Positions 11,956 through 25,745 of a stretch of DNA of 64,000 nt are shown piece after piece. Source of the DNA: the human T2T-CHM13v2.0 reference genome, Homo sapiens. The position numbers were made by a program, and so were the translations under genes. Location: NCBI RefSeq assembly GCF_009914755.1, contig NC_060925.1; one strand, given 5' to 3'. How positions within the stretch are numbered: the first letter of the stretch is position 1; every line of letters starts with the position of its first letter. Under the pieces are notes generated by a model. That model was not told where the DNA came from and made no database searches. It worked only from the letters and a program-made list of their open reading frames with translations.

Positions 11956-13352
11956 AATAGATTGACCAGTCCTTCAGAGAAAAGGAAGCAAAAGGGCCAG
12001 GAGAATGTGGCTTACATATGAGAGTCAACTGGGCTTTTCTCCTACCAAGTCCAGGATTAGACAGACTCACCCACCCAGCGTCAGCTCTTGGAGGAGCAAG
12101 AAGGCAGCAGAAGAAAGTAGTAGGCTATGAATCTCTTGTTCCAAACTTATCCTTCAAGTAAGTCCCTCTACCTCCCCTGGGATGGAGTGGAAATAGTAAG
12201 GAGAGACACCTAGAAGACTGTACCAACAGACGGTCCTCTCTGTGAAAGGAAATATCAAGAATAGGGAAGAAGTGTCTCCCATTCAAGGGGATTTTGTTAC
12301 CCAACCATAAGGATCCTGTTATGCAGGGGCTCTGCAGTACACAGTCCCCATGGACAAACTTCTAGACCTTCCATCATACCATGAGGTCAAATATAACATC
12401 TCTGGAAGGGACAAAATGAGCCAGGCCAATTTGGAATGCCATTGGTGTCACCAAAACCCAGCATTATCACAGGATCCACTGTGTGCGTTAGAAAAATTGA
12501 GTTATTTTTCTGTATAACCAAAATGTGTGCCCAGGGGGCACAGAGGAGTGACTTGACTCACACCTTGTAGGAAGCTGGTGTGGACCTTGGCTCTCAGGGA
12601 TGACCTGTCAGGCCACTCTGAGTGACAGATCTAAGGCTTCATACTCTCTAGGACAGGCCGTGTGGACATGACATCACGGGCTTCAGGGATGAAGTCTCCA
12701 CATCCTGCATCTGGACGTCTTTTCCATTTACTCCTCCCAGATCCTCTTTCTACCCTTGTGTTCTGCTCCCTGCCACAGGAGGGAACCTGTACAAATGACA
12801 TCGGGGTTCAGCCAGTGCAGAGACATGGCAGGAGGGCAGGAGGAAGAGGAGAGTGAGGTCAAGTTATCCATTGCCCTGGCTCCTTCCCTGTGTTGTGGTC
12901 AGGGACTGCTGGCTATGTCTCTCCACCAGAGCTTTCTGCAAGGCAGCCTTCTCTGTATAACCCTTTCCTTGGTTCTCCTTCTAGGTGCATAGGTGGACAG
13001 TGTTTATAGCCCCCAGTTAGTGCACTATCTAGCCACATGGTTTCTATATTAGTCATTTGCCATAACAAAACACCACAGACCAGGTGGCAAACCACAGAAA
13101 TTCATTTTCTCCCAGTTCCGGAGGCTGAAGGTCCAAGATCAAGGTGCCAGAAGGGTTGGTTTCTCTGTATGCCTCTCTCCTTAGCTGGCAGATGGCCTCC
13201 CTCTTGCTGCCTCTTCCCATGGTATGCATATGTGCACACTCATCCCAGGTGTCTCTTCCTCTACTTATTAGGACATCAGTCAGATTGGATTACAGCCCCA
13301 CCCTCACAGCCTCATTTTAACTTAATTACCTCTTTAAAGGCCTTATGTCCAA

Positions 13353-14690
13353 GAGAGAACTGTTATACACTGTTGGTATGAATGTAAACTAGTATAACTA
13401 CTATGGAGAACAGTATGGAGGTTCCTCCAAAAACTACAACTAGAACCACTGTATGATCCAGCAATCCTACTACTGGACATTGATCCAAAGGAAAGGAAAT
13501 CAGTATATCAAAGAGACACCTGCACCCCCATGTTTATTGCAGTACTATTCCCAATAACCAAGATATGGAATCAACCTAGGTGTTCAACAGCAGATGAATG
13601 AACAAGGAAAATGTGGTGTATATACATAATGGAATACTATTCAGCCATAAAAAGAATGAAATCCTGCCATTAGAGGCTACATGGGTGGAACTGGAGGACA
13701 TTATGTTAAGTGAAACAAGCCAGGAACTGAGAGTTAAACACCACATGTTCTCACTCATGTGTGGAAGCTAAAAAAGTTTATCTAAAAAAGTGAAACAGAG
13801 GATGCTAGAGGCAGAGAAGGGGAGTAGGGAAGGAGGCATGGGGAGGCATTTGTTAAAGACTACAAAGTTACAGCTAAATAGAAAAGGAATATCTTCTAGC
13901 GTTCTATACCAGGGTTCTCCAACTCCCGGGGCCACAGACTGGTACCAGTCCATGGCCTGTTAAGAACCCTGGCCACACAGCAGGAGGTGAGTGGCAGGTG
14001 GGCAAGTGAATGAAACTTCATCTGTATTTACAGCCACTCCCCATGGCTCACATTACCACCTGAGCTCCGCCTCCTGGAGCTCAGGATCATCAGCAGCATT
14101 CGATTTGCATAGGAATGTGAACCCTCTTGTGAACTGTGCATGCAAGGGATCTAGGTTGTGAGCTCCTTAGGAGAATTGAGAATCTAATGCCCGATGATCT
14201 GTCACTGATTCCCATCACCCTCAGATGGGACCATCTAGTTGTAAGAAAACAAGCTCAGGGCTCCCATTGATTCTATATTATGGTGACTTGTATAATTATT
14301 TCATTATATATTACAATATAATAATAATAAAGTGCACAATAAATATAATGTACTTGAATCATCCCCAAACCATCCCCCCACCCCGCCAATCTGGGGAAAA
14401 CCTGTCTTCCATGAAACCAGTTCCTGGTGCCAAAAACGTTGGGGACCGCTGTTCTGCACCACTGTAGGATGACTATAGTTTACAATAATATATTATACAG
14501 TGTCAAATAGCTAGAAAGAAGACATTGAATGTTCCCAACACAAAAAAAAAATAAAGATTTGAGATGATGGATATGCTAATTACTCTGATCTGATCACTAT
14601 ACATTATATGTATCAAAACATCACTATGTACCCCTTAAATATGCACAATTATTGTGTGTCAACTTTTAAAATGAAATTAAATTATTTTTT
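13353..14690 (+). mobile_element. 5'-truncated L1MA-type LINE-1 3' end, split by MER1A
   Basis: atgatccagcaatcctactactgg, atgtttattgcagtactatt, atggaatactattcagccataaaaaagaatgaaatcc; degenerate TSD aaaggccttatgtccaa / aaagacgttacttcaaa. Confidence 0.9.
13910..14451 (+). mobile_element. MER1A hAT-Charlie DNA transposon
   Basis: TIRs cagggttctccaac...gttggggaccgctg; 8-bp TSD ttctatac / ttctgcac. Confidence 0.9.
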
Positions 14691-17079
14691 AAAAGACGTT
14701 ACTTCAAAATATGGTTACAGTTGGAGGTACTGAGGGTTGGGACTTGAACATATGAATCTGGGGGGAAAGGAGACACACTCAGCACATAACAGTTTCTCCA
14801 CACCTTTTAGTAAGCACTTTATCCTCATTTGAATGTGCCATCTGTTTCCTGTTGCCTGACTGACAAAGGAAACCCTTTGAGCTGTTTCTCTTGTAGAGAT
14901 GTATACTAAATTGCCTACTTTCACCCACCTCCCCGCCACCCCACCAGGAACTGGAGGATGGTGTGTAATTTGGGCTGAATCGTCTGTAGAGTCATCATAT
15001 CCGTATTTAGATGAAATCTTCACTCTCAGCCTCTCTTTGTTACCATGCTCTTGTCTCCCGGAAACTTCAGAGGCCACAGATGGCTTGGTGTATTCTAAAG
15101 TCTAGTTCTCCTTCCCTAATGGTTTCAACCTGTGTGTGTTGGCATTCGAAAACCTTTGCCTGGGTGTCACCAGGTTAGGATCAATGTGTAAAATGGATTT
15201 TCAGTACAACTGAGGGTGCAAACTATGACGGTGAGGTCTGCTGGGTGGCATTGTGTCAGCACAGGGCATGGATCACCAAAGGTGGGAGGGGACATGCTGG
15301 CTTCTCTGAACCAGGTGAGGATGCTGCATTTGGAGGTAATAAATGCGTGAGAGGATAAAGGCAATAACAGATCCACTCCAACCACGGCACCTAGTGAAGG
15401 GCCAGAGAGTGGCCTTTCTGTCACAATAACCAGAGATGTAGTATCTTCTCAAGTGTGGGAAACCACTGTCCTGTCCCGAGAGCTGCACCAAGCTGGGAGT
15501 TTCTCTCCGGCCATCAACTTTCTTGTCTTAAAAGGTCTCTTTCTGGAATTCTCCAGAGTCATTTGCTGGTGGTGTGGCTCTTCCTTTAAAATCTTTATTT
15601 CCTTTCATTTCCCAACGTACTCTCCAGCTCACCCTGTAATGCTACAGAGGAGCCCGGGGATTTCTTTAGCGTTTTGAAGTCCTTGGCTGCCATTTTGGTT
15701 GCTTGAAGATTTTGCTCCAAGACCCACTGCTCTGCATATTTGTTTGTTTGTCGTGTCAGTCATCAGGAAACCTAGACCATATGTTTCTGACTCATTTACG
15801 CCGAAGTCATCAAACAACACTTGGAGTAGTTGTTTTAAGTCCATAAAGGTTTTACATCCTTAGGTTTCATTTCTCGGCACTCTTCTTTAATTAAATATAA
15901 TTTATCCAGCGTTTACCAATGCTACATGCCAAGCACTGCACTGGCTCTGGAAGTGCAGAAAAGAATAAAACACAGATCCTTCCTTCACGGAGTTTGCAGC
16001 ATGAATCACCCGGCCAAGCATTAATGAGATTAAACCAGAACGGTAAGAAAGTGTTCATTGAAATCCCAGGTCTGTGAGTTTGAGCAGTTTCTAGATCTAG
16101 CCAGGGTGACACCGGCCTTCTCCTCACTGGCTCGGCTTTTGGATTTTCCTCTTCCCAGAGGTGGATACTTTAGTGATGCACCCATAAAGTCTTGATTCAC
16201 TCCGTTTGAAGCCTTTTTTACCCTGATGGACCTGGCTGTGCCTTTCCATGGATGAGGAAATCCATTGCTCCCCTGGAGAGCCCAAGTTTGCATGGATGCC
16301 AGAGGTGTGGTTGGAATCAGGACTTTTCACTCTGAAGTTCCAGTAAGGAGAACTCAGAGGTGATTAACAGGAACAAGTGATATTTTGCACTGCTGATTCT
16401 ATTTCACAATCTCAGATGCTAATCCTCGCCAAGGAGCCGATTTAAATCCCAGTCTCTTCAGCACCTGTTAATTTCACCAAAGCACAAAAAAAACTTTTTT
16501 CTAGATACGGGGGCAATATTAGGATTTTGTTTTCCTAAGTGGTTCCCATGGACTTTTCTTTTCTTCCTAACTGTGCCAAGTATTAAGAATTGCATGAGGT
16601 TGACATCAGAGAGTTTTCACACAGTCTTTGGACAGAGCTACACAAAGGTACTTTTTAAGCCTCAGTCAGTGGCATACAGAGGCCCACAGCTCTGCTTACA
16701 CATGGTGGCATGAACAGCCCCGGCTTCAGATCCCTGAGTAGCACAATGCAATCAAGAGCAGCTAATTCTCACCCTTTGGCATCTCTTTTTGCTTGAGTAT
16801 TCAGCTGGTAGCAGCCAGCAAGGATTGTTTATTAAAGATTTTATTTTGGCCCTGCAGTGTTGGGTTATATGCAGACTGTCACCTGATTTTGGTTTATCGT
16901 TTTGTTTGCCCTCATCAGGTCCTTGAGTTTAGAGATACTTTTTGAGCTTTAAAATAAGCAAGTCCATGAGTGGTCTCAATGACCAGGACTGTGTTTTATT
17001 TCCTCCTTTCCTCAGAGTCCCTGGCTTGGCTCCTAGGAGGTGCATGGTACCTGTTGGATGATGATGGTGATGACAAAGA

Positions 17080-17305
17080 CAATGAGGGCAGATACCACGG
17101 TTTTCATGCTTAGTACCCACCAGGCATGGTGCTAGGTGACACACCTGCGTCTGCTCACTGCATCCTCACCACCACCCTAACGGCACAGATGAATCGGAGG
17201 CACGAAGCCTTTGTTATTTCCCCAAAGGCACACACCAGCAAATAGAGAGCTGAGATCCAAACCCCTGTGAGTCTCACTCCGGAGCCCAAACTCTTGGCTT
17301 GAATT
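17080..17305 (-). mobile_element. MIR
   Basis: cttagtacccaccaggcatggtgctagg...cacagatgaatcggaggcac...agagctgagatccaaaccc. Confidence 0.7.
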
Positions 17306-18269
17306 CTAGAATGAAAAACCCAATTAATAAAGTGCAAAATGTTTGTCTTTCCAGTTACGTGTCTTCCCTATCCAAAGGCATTTAGAAGGAAGAATTCAGC
17401 AAAACAGCTTTTGTGAGTTAGTGAAGCCTCCACAAATGTTGAACTCCTGAGTCTCGGTCAAGAAAAACTTAAGACTGAAAATTCCAATGAGGCAGCTCTG
17501 AAGAGATGGTTCTCAGCCTGCCAGTGGCCCAGAAGAACCTTCCAGAAAGACTAAAGTGCCCTCTAAGAAGGACCAAGTGCTTCTGCAGGAAGTAAACTCT
17601 GTGCCAAGCAGACGGTCCACCTAGGAAAGCTTTTCGGTTGGCTCAGCAGAGAAAACCAGGGCTGGTCTTCCTTCAGCAAGTTGGTCATCTTCACACCAAC
17701 TCTCCTGTGAGAGGCCACTGCTCCAGGATACAGTATGAAGAGTGGGCGTAGTTGAGGGATGGTATGAACTCATGTTGTTCCTGTCCTCCCCATCTAAGGG
17801 GAGACAAATGACACCTGAGGTCAGCAGGAAAGTGAGCTCACCTGTGTGAGTGTCACCAGGTGCCTTTTCTTATGAATATTTCCTACTAACTGAGATCAGG
17901 TTTTCTGCTCTGCAATTCACAGATGAGGAAAACAAGGCCCAGAGAGGTTAAGATACTTACCCAAAGTAAACAGAGAATAAGAGGTGGAATGAGAGCATCA
18001 TTCAAGGGAAGTTTCTGGTCTTCACAGTATCCCTGCTGTGTCTGAGATCACGTGTCATACGCCGTCACATAATTCCCGTCCACTGATGTATGCCACACCC
18101 CAGGCTTCAAAGAGAACGTGCTGGACACTGCCTCTGCCCTGGTGGAATTCATATTCAAGAGGAGAAACAGATAATAAACAATGAACATTGCAGGATGAAT
18201 GCCTGATTTACAACTGCAGTAAGCGCCAAACAGAAAGGCTGGTCTCTGAGAGCATCTTCAGAATTTACC

Positions 18270-18943
18270 CATTTCCCCCAACTCCATTGCTACTTCCCTT
18301 CTTCCAGCCACCATCAACCCTCTCCTGGATTCTCAAAGCTGCCCCGTGCTGGTCTTCCTGCTTCTCCTCTGGCCAGCCAGAGGGATCTTTTAAACTGTAA
18401 ATCAGATGACATCACTGTACTGCTCAAAACCTCCCAGAGGCTCCCTCTCAGAGAAAAGGCCGATGTCCTACCGTGGCACGTGGGGCCCTAAAGGCCCTCC
18501 AGCTTCTCACCAGCCTCACCTCTCCCTCCTCAACATCCCTCTCACCACTGCGTTAGAGCTTAGCCATACCAGCTCCTATATACTATTCCTGCACACTCCA
18601 CCCTGGGTCCCACCTCAGGGCCTTTGCACTAGCTGTTCCATCTTTCAGGGCTCTCTCCCCACCCCCCGGTACCAGCATGGATTGATCCTCACTTCCTGCA
18701 GGGTTCTGAAGGGGAGAGTCCTTTTTCCATTGCCCCAGCCCTCGCTGTCTCCCTTTCCCTGCTTCATTTGTCCCACAGCAGTGATCAGCATTTGACCTTT
18801 TGTGTATTTGTTGATGTCTGTCTTCCTCCAGTGGAATGAAAGTTCTGGGACAGCGAGGTCTTGGTCTATTGTATGTTCTGCTCTATTCCCAGGACTGGGA
18901 ACAGTGCCTGGCATATAGTAGAACCTTAATAAATAATTATTGA
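18270..18943 (+). mobile_element. L2a 3' end
   Basis: cagccagagggatcttttaaac, cctcagggcctttgcactagctgttcc, acagtgcctggcatatagtag...aataaataattattga. Confidence 0.85.
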
Positions 18944-18947
18944 GGGG

Positions 18948-19403
18948 GGCTGGGTACAGTAGCTCACATCTGTAATCCCAGCACTTAGGGAGGCCAAGGT
19001 GGGAGGATCACTTGAGGCCAGGAGTTCAAGACCAGCCTGGGCAACATGGCAAGATACCACTATCTCCACAAAAAAATTAAAAAACAAAAATAGCTGGGCA
19101 TGGTGGTGTGTGCTTGTAGACCCAGCTACTTGGGAGACTGATGCAGGAGGCTCACTTGAGCCCAGGAGTTGGAGGCTGCAGTGAGCCATGATGGCACCAC
19201 TGCCCTCCAGCCTGGGGGACAAAGCCAGACCTTGTCTCTATTTTCGAAAAGAAGTATTATTGAAGGAATGAGCCAGGCATGGCAGCATGCACCTGTAGTC
19301 CCAGCCACTTGGGAGGCTGAGGCAGCAGGATCACTTGAGTCCAGGAGTTCGAGACCAACCTGGGCAATATAGAAAGACTCTGTTTCCAAAAAAAAAAAAA
19401 AAA
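18948..19403 (+). mobile_element. AluJ (18948-~19250) followed by a free right-arm Alu monomer (19270-19403)
   Basis: Dimer then agccaggcatggcagcatgcacctgtagtccc...poly-A; flanking attgaaggaat / attgagggaat. Confidence 0.88.
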
Positions 19404-19499
19404 TTGAGGGAATAGGTGTGTAATTGAGGGCCACATTTGGTTTGGGGATGGTCACATTTCGTTTGGGGATGACAGTTGATTTCTCTGGGAGAAGAAAGG

Positions 19500-19999
19500 C
19501 ACGACACGCAGGTTCTAGCATGGTTCCCCACGCCCTTCCACTGGTGTTCACATCCTTGTGTAGTCCCTTCCTTTGGGTGGGGTGGGACCTGTGATGTCAC
19601 TTCCAAGATTAGGTTATGAAGGACAGTGATTGCTGTCTTGCTAGTGCACTCTCTCCCCATCTCTCACTTGCTCCCGTCGATGAAGCAGTGTGCCATGTTG
19701 TGAGCCACTAAGAGGCCCACACAGTAAGGAACTGGGGTGGTCAACAGTCTGCAAGGAAGTGAGTTCTGCCAGCCTTCAGGTCAGTGAGCTTGGAAGCAGA
19801 TCCTCTTCCGCATGGAGCCGTGCTGTGACGGCAGCCACAGCTGACACCTTGCAGCCTGTGAGAGACCCCGGGACAAAGGACTCAGAGGGCCCAAAAGTCT
19901 GCGACCAGATCCTGGTGCACAGAAACTGTGAGACACTCAGTGTTGCCTCAAGCCATTAGGACCGGGACAGCTTGTTACACGCAGTAGATAACTAATACA
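19500..19999 (+). mobile_element. MLT1F-like MaLR LTR
   Basis: gatgtcacttccaagattaggttat...cagaaactgtgaga...gcagtagataactaataca. Confidence 0.75.
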
Positions 20000-20089
20000 G
20001 GAGAGGTTCCGGCCATGGGGAGCTGCATTCTGAGTACAGAAGGAGCATGGTGCAGGCAATTGAAAAGGCAAAGAAGCCAGAAACCTGGA

Positions 20090-20400
20090 GCTTCACGAGC
20101 AAGGGGAAGAAGAGTAGGGGATAAGGGGAGAAAGGGTTTTAGGGGCCAGGTGCTGGATTTGGGGTTTAACCTAAAAGCTAATAGAAGCCACCAAAGGGTT
20201 GAAGCAGGTAGCAGGGAGGCAGTCTCTAATTTGCATGTTGCATTTAAAAGATCACCCTGGACACCATACAGAGAAGAGATTAGAAGGGCAGAAGGAGCAG
20301 GGAGACAGGAGGCTGTGAGAGTCATCTGTGCCTGAGATGCTGATGGCCTGGTCCAGGGTGCTGGCAGTGGTAGCCAGGGAGAGGGAGATAGCAGGAAGCT
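20090..20400 (-). mobile_element. L2 relic
   Basis: ttgaagcagg...catttaaaagatcaccctgg...gatggcctggtccagggtgctggcagtgg. Confidence 0.65.
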
Positions 20401-21006
20401 GATCCTCAGGTTCCAACAGTCCTTGTCTGTGTTTTGGCTCAAACCCCAGGCCACTGAGATGCTGTGTGGGTTCAGGTTGATGCCAACAATGCCGAAATTA
20501 CACCATTCTCATCACAGAAGTTTTCGATGCTTTCTGAAAAGCAGGAGTGCTAACCCTATCTGACTAGAGAGAAAACCAGGCCCTGGGAAATAGAGCATTT
20601 TGCAATCATTTGAGACCCCTCCGATCTGCCAGAAGCCCATGCTCTGGAAGCTGCACACTTCATTTCATGAAAGGTCACTCTAGGCTCTCCTTGGCCCCAG
20701 TCCCTGACAGTTGCTAAATCATCTATTATTACCCGAAAAACCAAAGCTGAGCCTCCACAGGGAAAGAAACAATGAAAGTCAAAAGTTGGGGGCAGAAACC
20801 GCTCAGACCTGGGCAGGCTGGAACATTCCCCTAGTGCAAGCCATAGGTAAAAACCAACCACAGCAGCTATAGAATTAATACTGTCTTCTCACCCCCCACC
20901 TTTTCCCTGTGCTTTCTCACACACCACAATAAAGAGCATCTGTGTTTTCCCAGCCCTCGTTGTGCGAAGTATGCTCCAAGATGACACATTCCCTATAGAT
21001 GCTCAT

Positions 21007-21400
21007 GTATCAGTTGTTTTTTAATGCCGCACTGCTGTGTAACAAACAACCACAAGCCCTCAGTGGCATAGACAGTGAGTACACAATGCTCCTATGTCTG
21101 GGTGGTCAGGGGGCCACTCTAATCTGGACTGAGCCTGCTCAATACCTGTGGGTCATCTGGCTACCTGCTGGGGTGACTGGGGCCACCAGGCTCTGCTCTG
21201 TGTGTCTCTCCTCCTTCATTACGCTAGCACAGGCTTGTTTTCATGGTGATCCTGAGGTGCAAGAGAGGACAAGCTTAATTGCACAAGCGCTTTTTCAAGC
21301 CTCTGCTTGTTCCATGGGTGCTAGCATCTCATTGGCCAAAGCAAGTCATGTGGCCACGTCCAGGTGTGAAGAACTGGGGGCCTTTTGCAATGCTCCTGGT
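21007..21400 (-). mobile_element. MLT1H-like MaLR LTR
   Basis: tgctgtgtaacaaacaaccac...ttcaagcctctgcttg...cattggccaaagcaagtcatgtggcc. Confidence 0.7.
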
Positions 21401-21506
21401 AGACACAGGCACCTGATGATCTCAGATCTTTAACAGCACAATCATTTCAGTGCTGATCACTGTCATTTACGGAGCTGGCACTGTGCCTGGTTAGTTTACT
21501 TTAACT

Positions 21507-22127
<621 letters not shown>

Positions 22128-22713
22128 TTAGCCACATAACTGGGTCTTGCTCTCTGGGCTGACTGATGGAGACTGCCTGTGGTTTGGGTGCAGGTCCCTG
22201 CAGTCTGGTTACCATCATACTGGTTCCATTTTGTTCCTGCCACCTGGTCCACCTCCCAGGTAGTGGCTGACACTCCCCTCTGCCTGGATCCTTGATGGAC
22301 AAATCCCTTCTCAAGAGGCATCTGATGATACCCTCTTCGGAGCAGGTGAAGAGTATTAGAGTATCCTTGTTCTCAATTAGCTGGATAATTGGCTCTGCAC
22401 GGAATTTCTCACTGGCTGTGTTGGAGAGGCATTATTAAAGAAACCCAAAGCAAAGAAAAAAAAAATCCCTAAGCAGCCAGTATGTTTGCATGGCCTCCTG
22501 GTCTACCCTGGAACCTCTAGGCAAGTGTGCAGCATAATTAAGGCGGAAGTCCACGTGGGGGCCCTGGGTTGGGAATGTTTGTGGAGAGAGCAGACACCTG
22601 CTCTGCTAATGCGTTGCTCTTCCCCACTTCAAGCAATCCTGTCCTCTTGTGAGCTGCTCCTGAAGGCTGTCATGGTCCTTAAGGAAGCTGCTGGACATAA
22701 GAACAGCTGCTGA

Positions 22714-23235
<522 letters not shown>

Positions 23236-24185
23236 AGACGCCCTGGCTAGTGTGTGATCTGCCACCTTGCAGGGCCCTAACAGTGTAGCCCCAGAATAGT
23301 GGCTGGAAAAGGCCAAAGGCTTAGGGCAGGTTGCTCTTGAACTTCACCATATGCTTGTCTCAAGGGGCCCCATCCCAGCCTGATGGGAGGGGCTGGGTCC
23401 TTGCCTATAGTGCTTTACCTTCACGAGGGAGGTTGGCCAAGTTTACAAAATGAGGTGACACTTGGCACCAAAGAATGGCACAGCCTGGCAGCGAAGCTGT
23501 TTCCTCCATTCGCAGCAGAGCTGTTGGAAGCCGGCAGCGCACACATCATCCTCAGAAGGGACTCCTCCAAAACCTCAGCGCTCCGAAAACAGGCTGCGTG
23601 TGTAGCTTGATGTTCGGGGGCTGGCAGATGAGCCAGTAATGGATGTTTCCTATCCTGAGAGCACATTTTTCTCCGAGGACCATATCACCTCTTAGGGCCT
23701 AATACAGGTTGATATTTTTCCTTTACCCTGAAAGTCTCTGCAGCAAATGTGCAGTCAGAACCATTTTTCTGATTGAACTAAAAGTATCGCAGCTTCATTT
23801 TCTTTTCCCTTTGGGTTAAGTCGGTATTTAAAAGGCCTCTCCGAAGAGTGAAACTATCTCTAATTTAGAAAGCTCCAAATCTCCATCACAGAGACGCAGG
23901 CCGCGGTGGTTGACAAGGTTCCGGGCTCTTGTTTCTAAACATTGAAGCCATCTCTACACTTAAAATGGACGCTGGAGTGTTTCTAAGGATGGGGGTGAAA
24001 GCGGTGCAACTGAAGGTCTTTAATCAACTGTGGTCAGCAAATAAAAGGAAGTGACATTTCCCTTGAAATATTGAAAGGCTTGGATTTCTTCATCAGAAGT
24101 GTTTTAAGAGCAAACTCTCAGGTTCATTCAAGTGGGGCACTGCCTTCCAAATGCCAATATCCACTACTTAAGTGCAGAGAAAAAT

Positions 24186-24242
24186 GTGTATATATGTGCA
24201 TGTGTATGTATGTACACGTGTGTGTGTGTGTCAGTGTGTGTG
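24186..24242. repeat. Imperfect (TG)/(TA) dinucleotide tract
   Basis: tgtatatatgtgcatgtgtatgtatgtacacgtgtgtgtgtgtgtcagtgtgtgtg. Confidence 0.8.
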
Positions 24243-25399
24243 CATTGGAAGGGCTTCTCAGCTTCCCACCCAGGAGTCTCTGTTTGCAAAATAAGTGTGT
24301 AGGTCATGATTATTTCACATTTAAATTAATGGAAGTGGATTTCTCTAGACATTTATCGTTCAGGCAATGCAGCGTTCTCTCCAAAATCCCTGCTGCCTAA
24401 GTAGAAATTTTTCAAGTCATCTTCAGCTCTTTCCTCTCCCTCACTTGAGGGCATGCAGTCAGTTGAGCAGATTTTCTTCCCCTTTCCAATCTTTTTTCAC
24501 ATCTGTCTGTTTCATTCCGTTCCCACTGCCGCCCAGAAATCAGGCCCTCATAATCCTTCCCTTGGACCATTGCAGTAACCTCCCTGTCGGCAGCCTTGTG
24601 CTCTAATCCATCCTGGATTCAGCTGCTAGATGAATTCTCTGGCGGCAACTCTCTGAGCAGGTAGCTCTTGTCATCAAAGCCCACTGCTCAGCCCTCAGGC
24701 GGAGCACCTGAAAGGCTGGCATTTCACCATGTGCCTGAGCCGTCCTTTCCTGTGTTCCCTGCTGTCCCTAGTTAACCTACATCCTCCCCTCTAGGGCCCT
24801 GCTCTGCAAACTGTGCTCTGTGAATCCTCTGCAATCCCAGACATGGCTCTAGCCACCACAGTTACTGACCCACTTGGTTTTGTTAAATCCATTTACCAGT
24901 CAAAGTTTCTATGTCAGTGTTTGTCAAAGAAGAGGGTGCCACTGCCGGGGGAATGTTCCCTGGCAGTTCCCTTGGAGCATCTTATGCTTTCTGGCCTCTG
25001 AGACTTGACTCACAGCAGTCCCGCCCTCTGGAATGCCTTCTCCTCCAGCCCTGCCCTTCAAGGCCCAGCTGGGAGGCTCCCTTGCCCATGGAGGGAGAGG
25101 TAACATCCTTGGACACCTGGCCAGATGTGAGCGCTCTCTCCCCTAGGCATCTCTGATTTATCTGTGTCGTCCTTGGATGTGCATGCTTGCAGCCTACAGC
25201 ATTATTGTCTCATAACCTCCCACTCCCCCCTACTCACTGGATGTGGACTCTGTAGGCACAGGGATTCGTGTGTTCATCTCATGTGTCCATTCAACAACCA
25301 TGTACCCTGGCATGAGCTTTCCCATACCAGGTGCTGGGAATGTGTTGATGAACGAGAAAGACACATCTCTACCCTCATGGATTCTGTATTCTAGCTGGA

Positions 25400-25745
25400 A
25401 AGAGGGTCTGGAGGCCAGAAGTCCAAAATCAAGGTATTAGGAGGGCGATGCTTCCTCCAAAACCTCTAGAGGAGGCTCCTTCCTTCCTTTTCCCAGCTTG
25501 CGGTGGCCCCGGCATTCCTTGGCTGTGGCAGCATCCGATCTCTGCCCCTATCTTCTGTGGCCCCCTCCCTGTGTGTCTCTGTGTCCTTTTTCCTGTCTCA
25601 TAGAAGAACACGCCCATTGGATTTCTGGCCCATTCTAATCCAGCATGATCTCATCTTGACCTTTACCTTAATTATATCTGCAAGGACCCTTAAGCCAAAT
25701 AAGGTTCCGAGGTTCAGAGTGGACATGAATTTGGGGCTGACATGA
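25400..25745 (-). mobile_element. MLT1C-like MaLR LTR fragment
   Basis: tctggaggccagaagtccaaaatcaagg...ggcattccttggctgtggcagcat...ttaattatatctgcaaggaccct. Confidence 0.8.

Larger units (their letters stand above)
13045..14791 (-). mobile_element. MLT1B-like MaLR LTR split by L1
   Basis: tatattagtc...gtccaagatcaaggtgcc (13045-13352) and ...cagcacataaca (~14691-14791); perfect TSD gtttc at 13040-13044 and 14792-14796. Confidence 0.85.
12715..14866 (-). mobile_element. LTR33-like ERVL LTR (outer host of a nested stack)
   Basis: cctcccagatcctctttctacc...ggcaggagggcaggaggaagaggagagtgaggtc before 13045; ttgaatgtgccatctgtttcctg after 14791. Confidence 0.55.
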
